NCBI GenBank assembly: GCA_051294905.1
Contig: CM119371.1
Span: 10,046,001-10,106,000, forward strand
Direction: 5' to 3'
Origin: Botryllus schlosseri
Lineage: Eukaryota
Length of the DNA: 60,000 nucleotides
The notes under the pieces were generated by a model that worked only from the letters and a program-made list of their open reading frames with translations, had not been told where the DNA came from and searched no databases. Positions 36,601 to 47,810 of the stretch are shown here, piece by piece; position 1 is the first letter of the stretch; each line of letters starts with the position of its first letter. A program made the position numbers and the translations under genes.

Positions 36601-38331
36601 TTAATGATTTTTGATTCCAGCATGCATATCCATATGACACTTCAGGTTATCCTCTCGTGAAAATGTTTTACCACATACATCACAGTTATGATTTTTAACG
36701 CCAGCATGGATATCTACATGACGCATGAGACTTCTCTTCTCAGTGAATGCACTCCCACATACGTCACAGGTATGATTTCTGACGCCAATATGGATATCCA
36801 TATGAAGCATGAGGTTTTCTTTCTTAGTAAATGCTTTCCCACATACATCACAGGTGTGATTCTTAATGCCAGCATGGATATCCATATGAAGCTTGAGGTG
36901 TCCCTTTTGAGAAAATGCTCTCCCACATACATGACAGGTATGATTTTTGACGCCAGCATGGATATACATATGACGTTTGAGGCTTCCCGTCATTGTAAAT
37001 GCTTTACCACATATATCACAGTTATGATTCTTAACGCCAGTATGGATAACCATATGAAGCTTGAGGTCACACTGCTGTGTAAATGCTTTACCACATACAT
37101 CACAGTTATGATTCCTAACGCCAGTATGGATAAGGATATGAAGCTTGAGGTGACCTTTCTGTGTAAATGCTTTACCACATACATCACAGCTATGATTCTT
37201 AATGCCAGCATGTATATCCATATGAAGCTTGAGGACTCCCTTTCGAGTAAATGCTCTCCCACATACATGACAGGTACGATGTTTGACGCCAGCATGGATA
37301 TCCATATGACGTTTGAGGCTACTCGTCATTGCAAATGCTTTGCCACATATATCACAGTTATGATCCTTAACACCAGTATGGATAACCATATGATGCTTGA
37401 GGTGACCTTTCCGTGTAAATGCTTTACCACATACATCACAGCTATGATTCTTAACGCCAGCATGGATATCCATATGAACCTTGAGTTCTCCCTTTCGAGT
37501 AAATGCTCTCCCACATACATGACAGGTATGATGTTTGACGCCAGCATGGATATCCTTATGACGTTCGAGGTTACTCGTCATTGTAAATGCTTTACCACAT
37601 ACATCACAGCTATGATTCTTAATGCCAGCATGTATATCCGTATGAAGCTTGAGGACTCCCTTTCGAGTAAATGCTCTCCCACATACATGACAGGTATGAT
37701 GTTTGACGCCAGCATGGATATCCATATGACGTTTGAGGCTACTCGTCATTGTAAATGCTTTGCCACATATATCACAGTTATGATTCTTAACACCAGTATG
37801 GATAACCATATGAAGCTTGAGGTAACCCTTCTGTGTAAATGCTTTACCACATACATCACAGCTATGATTCTTAATGCCAGCATGTGTATCCATATGACGT
37901 TCGAGGCTACTCGTCATTGTAAATGCTTTGCCACATATATCACAGTTATGATTCTTAACACCAGTATGGATAGCCATATGAAGCTTGAGGTAACCCTTCT
38001 GTGTAAATGCTTTACCACATACATCACAGCTATGATTCCTAATGCCAGCATGTATATCCATATGTAGCATGAGGTGTTTCTGCTCAGTAAATGCTTTCCC
38101 ACACACATCACAGTCATGATTTTTGACGCGAGCATGGATATCCATATGGCGCGTGAGGATGCCCTTCCGTGTAAATGCTTTACCACATATATAACAGTTA
38201 TGATTCTTAACGCCAGTATGGATAACCATATGAAGCTTCAGGCTACCCTTCCTTGTGAAAGTTTTCCCACATAAATCACAGTGGTGATTTCTGCTAATAG
38301 CTTGCATGTCAATATGACGTTTGAAGTCCAA
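36601..38331 (-). CDS. Tandem C2H2 zinc-finger array (20 fingers, 84-bp period); probably an exon or 5'-incomplete
   Basis: C-x2-C-x12-H-x3-H repeated 20 times at 28-aa spacing; linkers (T/A)G(V/I)(K/R)(N/H)H; ORF begins at TTG inside a degenerate finger; no effector domain seen. Confidence 0.9.
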   Translation of the reverse strand: MDFKRHIDMQAISRNHHCDLCGKTFTRKGSLKLHMVIHTGVKNHNCYICGKAFTRKGILTRHMDIHARVKNHDCDVCGKAFTEQKHLMLHMDIHAGIRNHSCDVCGKAFTQKGYLKLHMAIHTGVKNHNCDICGKAFTMTSSLERHMDTHAGIKNHSCDVCGKAFTQKGYLKLHMVIHTGVKNHNCDICGKAFTMTSSLKRHMDIHAGVKHHTCHVCGRAFTRKGVLKLHTDIHAGIKNHSCDVCGKAFTMTSNLERHKDIHAGVKHHTCHVCGRAFTRKGELKVHMDIHAGVKNHSCDVCGKAFTRKGHLKHHMVIHTGVKDHNCDICGKAFAMTSSLKRHMDIHAGVKHRTCHVCGRAFTRKGVLKLHMDIHAGIKNHSCDVCGKAFTQKGHLKLHILIHTGVRNHNCDVCGKAFTQQCDLKLHMVIHTGVKNHNCDICGKAFTMTGSLKRHMYIHAGVKNHTCHVCGRAFSQKGHLKLHMDIHAGIKNHTCDVCGKAFTKKENLMLHMDIHIGVRNHTCDVCGSAFTEKRSLMRHVDIHAGVKNHNCDVCGKTFSREDNLKCHMDMHAGIKNH

Positions 38332-38599
38332 CTTGCAAGTTCAAAGTGTTACGAACAAATTTAGAACAAATATTTTAAACTCTATTCAGCTTATCTCATG
38401 ACAATATGTCCGTATCTGCCATGTATGATAGTGTAAAACTAATCAAAACAAAGTGTTTCATTAGATTGTATTGCAATTGCCATACAATATTGTACTACAT
38501 ACAAAAATATCAACAGCACAAAAATTACTGTTCTCATGATAGTTTCGACTAATTCGACACCTTCCTATCTTTTCATTGTATCGCAATTTTGTGGTGTAT

Positions 38600-38835
38600 T
38601 GAACTGCTAATAAACTGAGCCGAACAACAGTTCGCGTGAGTTCTTTGACAGCTTCAACGAATGCACAACGATAGTTGCCTCTTTTACGTGTATTCATCAG
38701 ATAAGTATGACCGCAATAGATTAAAGAATTCTCACAAATGAGCACCAGAGATACGTAGGCCTATACAGGATGTTAGCGAGAGGCGTGTAGTAAAATACGT
38801 TCAATATTCAAGACAAGCACTGGACACAGAGATCG
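38600..38835. repeat. Diverged direct repeat 2 flanking the ZF array
   Basis: Same-orientation homolog of 35788-36025. Confidence 0.7.
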
Positions 38836-39826
38836 GCAAAAGAATTTGGTATGTACGACACGCACAGGTATCGTTGCACAAATCCGTTTCGACGGAGCGT
38901 TCGATTTGTGGTTGGTGCCCCCAATTTGCCGAATGGTTACGAGTAAGGCGGACCACAATGATTCGAGCAATCGAATATAAATTGAACATTAATACTAGTT
39001 ATTCGAGTCAAGTAGTGAGAGACGAATTTTCGGTGCCCTGCGACGATGCGTTTTCCAATATGGAAGGTTGTGAATCTTGGTCGTATCGTTGCATACGAAA
39101 CATGCAGTACCAAGCTGGGGATTGGAATCGCTCAGACGTACTACAGAAACCGTCATTCATGAGGCACACACCATTCCAACTTTGTATTTCTTAACCGATA
39201 ATCAACCGCATCACTTTTCTAAGCAGTCTGCATGTGTACGGATGGGCTCAGATTGCAAGGACAATGTTATATCAAAAACGAAATTGCATAGTGAGGACAG
39301 GCATCACACGCTAATATGGGTATGCGTTGACCGCCGCCTAATTATAATTACGGTTTTACGGCTGAATTTGGTCGTACCTCCACAGGTTGGCCACCCCTTG
39401 CCAAATAGATATAAGAATAAGACAGAGCATCTAACACAGTGGTTCTCAAACCCGACAACGAGACCCCCTGGTTACGCCCCCTCTGGAATTATGTACCAAT
39501 TCAAAATGTCTGAGTTATCGCGGCGGTTTCATCGAGAAACATCTAGACAGAAGTTATCGCAAGCTGAACAGTGTTCAGTGAACACATATTAACTCCATCC
39601 TATTCTACTCCAAGAGGAACAAATATGTCCTCTTACCACTACCAACGGATAAATCATGACGAGAAACATTTGCTGATGACATCCCAAAAGACCTGTAAAC
39701 ATTGTATACGATATTGCACATACGGTCATACTGTTCTGAAGCATGAACCAGCATATTTATTGTGATAGCTAGTTACAATGCAATGCGTATCTGATACACC
39801 CCAGTACCATTGGCACACCCTTTGAA

Positions 39827-42800
39827 CTAGGAGTGGCCAACCTTTGCGGCCAAAAGGACACATGCGAATTGTTAACCATTGCGCGGGCCACTTGAATGTT
39901 GATGACATCTATTAGTCGTCCAATATGAATGAACCGGATTAGGAAACAATGTAAACAATATTTTTCTTACTATACCCATCAACATCAATAACAACAAGGT
40001 CATGAAAACTCAGTGTGCGGGAGGCGCGGAAATTTTTCAAAGTTTATGAATAAATTCGTTCAATAATATTGTTACTTGCATATATTACGCGTAGCTTCCG
40101 TGTACCTCTGGGCTCATTTGGCGAAGATAGAATTATTGACACTTGGACGTTAGGGTGGATTGAAAAATGAAAATTTTTGAATTTTAAAAAAGGGTCTTGA
40201 TATGTGGTGCCAAATAGTAAACAAATAAATTCTATCATGATTTTGGGTTCGTACACCCTCTAGTGGTCGTGCAATTTCACCGAACGAGCAAAAAACAGCT
40301 AATTTCGCCATATCTTGATCATCACTTACACTAGCAAGTCAGTTTTGGGCTTAAAAGATGCAGAAGCAACATGTTTCTATCTCACTTCCATAGAACTTAC
40401 TCTTAAAAATGAACAGAAAAAAAGTTACAAGCAAATTTCTGATTTTATAGGTAAAATTAAGCACTGAAGCAGTGGGTAGGATGTCAAAAGCGTGTAGTGA
40501 TTGATCTTATGACTGAGCAACATACCCTATCAATCAGAACCAATTTTCAAAACTTGCTCAAACAAATGAAACCCCCTCCAAGCATAAATAGGGCTCGGGC
40601 ATCGAATAGAGACTGCTAAAACTGTATTTAAAACAGCGTCCATTGGTAGTGCAGCGTCACGACATCGGTAAGTTTATAACAACGGTCCTCAAGAGATTTC
40701 TTACCAAAATGCTGTCGTATGGTTTGTATCATATTTGTCACAAAGCTCCTGAAGGAAAGCACAAAAATTGAAAATACACATTCAAAACACAAACATCAAT
40801 TCTATACTGAAAACAGAAAATTTTTGTAGCAGTATCATATGAGTATCAGTGTGCAGAAACATTAAAATCATGTTTAGTATTGAAAGATTTCATCTGCTTT
40901 CAAGACTTCAGTTTTCGTCTGATTAGGCTATCTCTGCGTTTAAATCCTGAAACATGAGTAGATGCTTCAATAACCACGTTTTAATGTCTTTCCACTGCCG
41001 GGTTGTGGCAAGGATGACTGAGCCTTAATGGTGATGATCTTAGGTTTTCCACCTCGTCATCTGACAAGGTCTTGATTGCAGGCGGCTGTTCAATATCTTT
41101 GTGGTTTAAGTTGACAATTTGGTGGAAAGATTAAGCCTTGATGTTGATAACTGGAATTTGGAAGAAACTGATGCTCAATATCGCTGTTTTTAGGTTTTGT
41201 GTCATTTATATATCTTCCTTCAAAATCATAATTGGAATTTGGTATGGTGTGGTTGTTCTGCGCACAGCTGTAATCTTGTTAACTGTAAATCTTCGGACGT
41301 TTCCCTCCTCGTCACCAAAGCATTCCCAGCAAAATATTTTCTGGATGTTCAAAATGAGCATTTCTTTGTAGCAAAGATAGTGCAAGGGAGTGAATTCGGG
41401 TATCAGTCAGCTTTGTGACACGGGAAACTATATTGTGGACATTTTTCGCACCATCTACAATGGAATTGTGCATTTTTATTTCAAACTATAACGGAAAATT
41501 GACCCCTATGCAAAATTGAGCAAGACAGTTCAGATTTCACGATGGACGACTCTGTCCCACATAGTACTTTGAAACGTAAGATGCGAGAGTCAACCATATT
41601 GAATGAACGACGGGCCCAGCCTCTAAATATTGCAGATCTGGTTATAATTGACGACTTTGAAGGAGGATATATATATGAAACCAAACCCTAAAGCAGCAAC
41701 ATTGACACCAGCATCAGATTCTTCCAAATTCCAGTTATCAACATCAAGGCTTAATCTTTCCACCAAATTGTCAATTATAACCTAAAAAATATTGAACAGC
41801 CGCCTGCATCGCAATCAAGACCTTGTCTGATCACGAGCTGGGAAACCTATGATCATCACCATTACGGCACAGTTATCCTTGCCACAACCAGGCAGTGGAA
41901 AGACATGTGACAGTGGTGACATAAGCATATGCTCAATGTTTCAGGATTTAAACGTAGAGATAGCCTCATCAGACGAAAACTGAAGTCTTGACAGCAGATG
42001 AAATCTTTCAATACTAAACATGATTTTATTGTTTGTGCACACTGATACTCATATGATACTGCTACAAAAATTTTCTGTTTCCAGTATAGAATTGATGTTT
42101 GTGTTTTGAATGCGTATTTTCAATTATTGTGCATTCATTCAGGAGCTTTGTGACAAATATGATACAAACCATACGACAGCATTTTGGTAAGAAATCTCAT
42201 GAGGGCCGTTATTATAAACTTACCAATATCGTGACGCTGCACTACCAATGGACGCTGTTTTAAATACAGTTTTAGCAGTCTCTATTCGATGCCCGAGCCC
42301 TATTTATGCTTGGAGGGGGTTTCATTCGTTTGAGCAAGTTTTGAAAAGTGGTTCTAATTGATAGGGTATGTTGCTCAATCATAAGATCAATAACTACACG
42401 CTTTTGACATCTTACCCACTGCTTCAGTGCTTAATTTTACCAATAAAATCAGAAATTTGCTTGTAACTTTCTTTCTGTTCATTTTTAAGAGTAAGTTCTA
42501 TGGAAGTGAGATAGAAACATGTTGCTTCTGCATCTTTTAAGCCCAAAACTGAATTTCTAGTGTAAGTGATGTTCAAGATATGGAAAAATTAGTTGTTTTT
42601 GGCTCGTTCGGTGAAATTGCACGACCACTAGAGGGTGTACGAACCCAAAATTATGATAGAATTTATTTGTTTTCTATTTGGCACCACATATCAAGACCCT
42701 TTTTTGAAATTCAAAAATTTTCATTTTTCACTCCACCCTATTGGACGTATCACTATCGAAAATTTTGCAAACATGCATTTATCATTTTGTATAAAAGTTT

Positions 42801-43170
42801 CATCGCCGACGATCTTTTAGCGAGTGCAGACGCGAAGTCTGATGTTGGACGACACGGTCTCTTATAGTTGGATATACAGCTAGACTAATTTCCGTAAATG
42901 TAGAGTATTTTTAATTTTCAAGAGGAGGTAGCAATACTAAGAGTAAGAAATCGAGTGACAATCAATCGATCGAAGTGCTTAGAATAATTTCAAGGCAAAT
43001 AAATCTGCCACGAAATATTCTACTTCATTGTTATATATGTAGATTTACGAAAAATGTGGCGTTGCCAAAGCGTCGGAACTGATATTTTAGTCATCAACAT
43101 CCTAAATTTCGTGGTCAGGTTAATCAAATTTATGGTTGGCCTTGCAAGCTCATAATAAATTATGTGGATA
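39827..43170. mobile_element. Old Charlie-type MITE, host of the foldback element
   Basis: 39827-40150 and 42749-43170 are colinear with 48250-49000 (e.g. cggccaaa.g.acacatg.ga; gggctcatttggc; aaataaatctgc..gaaatattctactt). Confidence 0.7.
40151..42740. mobile_element. Foldback hATm-like element with ~1.08-kb inverted arms, each carrying the transposase C-terminus
   Basis: tagggtgga / tccacccta termini; perfect TSD TTGGACGT (40143-40150, 42741-42748); arms 40151-~41232 and ~41645-42740; PCHNQAVERHV...RDSLIRRKLKS on + in the right arm and its homolog on - in the left arm. Confidence 0.9.
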
Positions 43171-44549
43171 ATTCATCTTAACACAATACACATATAATCC
43201 ATTACTATCAAATACTTGTGCATAAAATGAGCTGTGCAATGTCCATCAACAACAGTGTTAGAAGGCAAAACTATTACAACATGATTTTGACATACAGCAA
43301 AAAGATGATCATGAATATTTACTGCAAAATCAGGTTGACTTTTGCTGTATGAGTCAGTTGGATGTCTTGACCTTCAGCCGATCAAGGTTTGGTTCTAGAT
43401 TTGAAATTTTCCCACAAATACTCAAATTTAATTCAAATGGTGTTCATTCTGAGAGTCATCGCGTACATTTGGCTTTCATTAACACATGCTGCTTCATAAC
43501 AGTGGCATTATACAAAATGTGTCAATTGAGCAATTGATCATGCTAACTACCATACAAATCTTTAGTTCTCAGATCCAAAAGCCAGATTTTGCATCACATG
43601 CAACTTGACTTCATAAGGAAATATCTACCGAGCTTTCTGCTATATCGGAAAATATCTCCGACTACAAATATCAAAATTTCAGCTTTTTCAAATTAGACTA
43701 GAAGCAGAATTATAGCTGTCAGTTTTTTCTAAATTAGACTAGAATTGGATTTTCAGCCACACTTTTTTCAATAAAATTAGGGAATAATTAGAAGGATCGC
43801 TACACAGTTTTCTTCACAAATTACATTAGAATTAGTATTATTGAATCTGCAAAAACTTGAACATAGACTCAGGTTCATTTCATAGCAATTCAAAGTTCAT
43901 TCACATAAGCATGATAATGGCAAATGGCTGCCGTACACCGAAATTAATTCGTGTCTCCTAGCATTTTCAGGAAACCAGAAATTAGATTAGAATTAAAATG
44001 AAAGCATATAGAAACATTACACAAGTTAGATTAGAATTGGATTAATGGCTTCGTCTAGTCCAGTGGTTCTTAACCTTGCCTCCAGCGCCCCCCAAGGGGC
44101 GCTGGCAATTTTGAAGGGGGCGGAAACGCTCAGAGGGCAAAATGGGGGGCGCTGGGCTCAGGCGGCGGTATGGGGGGCGCTGGAGAAAATGGCTTCGCAG
44201 TAGATGATGTGGTGGTAGGACATATCCTTAATGAGTATTCAGAGCAAATTAACACCGAAAACTTCGTTAAATATAGCCTATAGCCTATAGCCATCTGGCG
44301 GGGAAAAATTATATGCCAGTGAAGAAATGCCAATTTGAAATCGTGTGCGTCTTTTAGTTTAGTACGATTGGGCGGCAGGGATATCTAAAACTAGATATTC
44401 ATGTTGGGCGATATCCTTGTTGGGCGATTCTATATTTTTTGATATAGCGGACAGGAGGTCACGAAATAACAACATGCAACGAAGTCATACCAACGGGTTC
44501 GCCCGCCCGAATATGTTTCATTATTAGTTACAGTTTCCAAAACACCTCA

Positions 44550-44683
44550 CAATGTTCGCTATGAGTCTGCGCACACTCAACAACTCACTGAGCAGACCCT
44601 TGGACAACAGTGCGTAACGTAGATTTTCTGTGCGCAGAGACCGTGTCAGCACTGCGCACGTGCGCAGCTTAGAGGGAACATTG
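44550..44683 (-). mobile_element. Small MITE (CAATGTTCCCTCTAA family)
   Basis: Flanked by cacctcac duplication; inverted homolog of 47404-47596. Confidence 0.7.
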
Positions 44684-44988
44684 CACCTCACTCAGCTCTA
44701 CTGTTAAATCTGGTAACGTGAGCAGAGAGGGCAAGGAATTGATAGCAATATATATGCAATTTCCGATCTTACTGACCGATTTTATCATGAATTATCGAAA
44801 GTTTTCGCGCTTCGCACTGACTCGCTAACAGTACAGCTAATTTCGTGGCAAAAGCGAACAACGTGATGGGGGCGGTCGGTTTATCACCCCATGGGAGCCC
44901 AAGACCCAAGTTTTTTCGGCGGGCCTGACGAAGTGCCGTTTCGTTCCTGCCAACGGGTATACGCCCGAAGATGTATAATTATTATTGA

Positions 44989-45574
44989 CAGGGTTGTAAC
45001 CAAGTCACAAGGCTCCGAGTCACAAGTCAATCTCACTTTTATATTTTTGACTCGAGTCAAGTCGAGTCATTTTCAATTCCCACCGAGTCAAGTCCGAGTC
45101 CAAGTCAGCGAACAGAGGATCGAGTCCGAGTCATGGTATTATGACTCGAGTCCGAGTCCAAGTCATTGTGTTTTGACTGCTCAGTTTCCAGTTAAAGTCT
45201 TCCTAAACCCACTTTTTTAACTCTGTTTGGTGATATTGAATGGTTCGCATTTAAAATATATCAATTTTCCTCACTTTTAGCAGTTTCTGGTTGCATTTTC
45301 AAGCACCAGTACCAATAAACGAAATCCCAATAGTGTGTTGGCTTCGAAATTACAATGAAATGTCGGTCTTGGCCGTCTGAATCTCAAGTCAATGACTTGC
45401 TTCGAGTCATGCGCAATGACTCGAGTCCAAGTCGAGTCAATACACTGATTGACTCGAGTCGAGTCGAGTCATTTCCGTATTTTGAGAAAATGACTCGAGT
45501 CGAGTCGAGTCATCTGAAAATCGTGACTCGAGTCTGACTCGAGTCGAGTCATGACTCGAGTCATTACAACCCTG
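44989..45574 (+). mobile_element. hAT MITE with GACTCGAGTC repeats
   Basis: TIR cagggttgtaa; TSD ATTATTGA (44981-44988, 45575-45582). Confidence 0.92.
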
Positions 45575-47403
45575 ATTATTGAGGGGTCCTACCTTTTCAA
45601 ATCACACATCACTCAGCTCTATCGGTATATCTGTTTACGTGAGAAGAGATAGCATAAAAATTGATATCAATATACATGCAATTCCCGATTATATTGACCA
45701 ATTCAATCATCAATTATTGAAACTTTTCGCGCTTAGCGCGTCTAGATGAGAACAGCTGGCTCAGTAAATGGACAGTGGACACCCAATGTAGATGACTAGT
45801 ATCAGCAAATAGCGGATAGCAGAAGTGGGGTCTGGGGGCGAAGACCCCGAAAGTTTGGTGTATCACCCGATGGGGGCCCAAGACCAACGTTTTTTGGGGG
45901 GCTGACGAAGTGCTGTTACGTCCCTAGTAACGAATTAATGGTACCTACGGGCACGCCCAAATATGTTTAATTATTAATTACGTGCCCTTTATTTTCCCAT
46001 ACAACAGCTCACTCAGCGCTACTGGTAAATCTGATTTCGTGGGCTGAGAGGATAAAAAGTTTAGAGCGGCTTATATATGTAACTACCACCTATTCATTCA
46101 TGCATTATAGAAAATTTTGGTACCTAGGGCGACCAGGCCACACAAACTTTGCTGACCATCGAAATCACAATACGGGGTCCTTGGGGGCGAAGCCCTCATA
46201 ACTTTGGTTTATCACGCTATGGGTGCGCAAGGCAATCGTTTTCAGGGGGTTGACGAAGTGCTGTTACGGCCCTCCCTCTTACTCATTGTCTTTATTACAT
46301 TTCTTACAATATCAGGTTGGGGGGCGCTGCAGCACGATGATTTTTGAAAGGGGGCGCTGGAGGAAAAAAGGTTAAGAACCACTGGTCTAGTCAGACAACT
46401 AGAATTATCTAGTTGTTCAAGTGTGCTGTAGCGCTAATAAGCTAGCAGTCACGGAAGTAGGCCTACCTCATAAGTCGAGGTTAAGACTCGATGTGAATGC
46501 ATTTGCATATCAATTCAACATTTTTACAATAATGGCCTTGTCAGCACGAAAATAACCATCAAATTAGCCAGATTCATTATATGGATCTGTTTGTATTTTG
46601 ATTGAAATTCTGACTACAGTTAAAATAATAGCTGATTGTGTTACTTGCAGCAAATCCAATAACCGGCATATGGCAGTAACAATAGATCTCTTGGTATCAG
46701 AGGACGTATGATTACAGTATTTGAAACACTCATCTCTCATCACTGGACTTAAATCATTGCGATTGATGTTCGATTAAGATTCCAGTACTCGAGTGATTGT
46801 GACCAAACGCCCTTGTTACACTAACTAACTGCAAGAGCACACAATAGAACACTGGTATCACAATTTCAGTGTAAAATACCAGAACATGTTTCGAGTTCTA
46901 GTTCAAGTTATAGGCTATGTTCGTAGGCGCAGCTATATTTTTAAAAGGCACAACCAGAACTAGAACTGCTCACTATTTAAACTCATTAACTAGAACTACT
47001 TGAAAAACAGTATCTAGTTGTTGATCATCAACTAACTAGATCACTAGTTTGTATAAGCCTGTTCTCTCTTCAGGCATGCCTGGAACAAAACGTAATGTCG
47101 TGGCGAACTTTACAAATTAGCAATCATAGTAAGGCGTGAGTCGTTACCACATGAAGATGTCATAGACGCGAATTTAGAATCCTGACAGCTTGAATCATAC
47201 AAGGCATTATTATTCCGATATAAAACATACCACATACTAAGCTATCTGGATAAGCCTGACTAGTTCTGACCGAGAATGTTCCATAATACTCACCTACCAA
47301 TATACATGCTGCTGGTATTACTGCACGCGCGCTTTCGTATCGCTTTCGGAAGTGCCGTATATCAAGTTACTAATCCTGCACGAACTACAGAAACACCTCC
47401 AAG

Positions 47404-47596
47404 CAATATTCCCTCTAAGCTGCGCACGTGCGCAAATGCGCAGTGCTGACACGGTCTCTGCGCACAGAAAATCTAAGTTGCGCTCAAAAAATCCGTAGTG
47501 ATGACCTTTTTTTAGTCGTTACGCACTGTTTTTCAAGGGTCTGCGCAGTGAGTTGGGGAGTGTGCGCAAACTCGTCAAACATTAGATGGAACATTG
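47404..47596 (+). mobile_element. Small MITE
   Basis: TIR caatattccctctaa / ttagatggaacattg; TSD CCTCC(A/G)AG. Confidence 0.8.
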
Positions 47597-47810
47597 CCTC
47601 CGAGACACCCATGGCCATGGGCTACGTAATACAGCACTAGAAGGAATACGAGCGCTCTCGCAGGGGTAGGAAACTTGATTTTCAATGGTACGGAAGTGAG
47701 TAAAATTTATGACTGAACTGTCACCAGGCGAGGTAAATATGTCAGAACGAGGCCCGGTAAATTTGAGACCTGACTAGTATTTATTTGATAAGAATTACAT
47801 GTGTTTCGAC

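Larger units (their letters stand above)
44061..46384. mobile_element. Charlie-type non-autonomous hAT element with internal repeats and nested MITEs
   Basis: TIR cagtggttcttaacct / aggttaagaaccactg; TSD GTCTAGTC; ggggcgc subterminal motifs; three internal ~300-400-bp repeats (actcag.tctac at ~44690, 45611, 46011). Confidence 0.9.

Noticed and set aside
36688..38067. 459-aa plus-strand ORF
   Set aside because: Antisense shadow of the 84-bp periodic ZF array; a stop-free repeat unit is simply propagated
36601..38331. PRDM9 or KRAB-ZNF assignment
   Set aside because: No PR/SET, KRAB or SSXRD sequence is visible and the linkers are non-canonical
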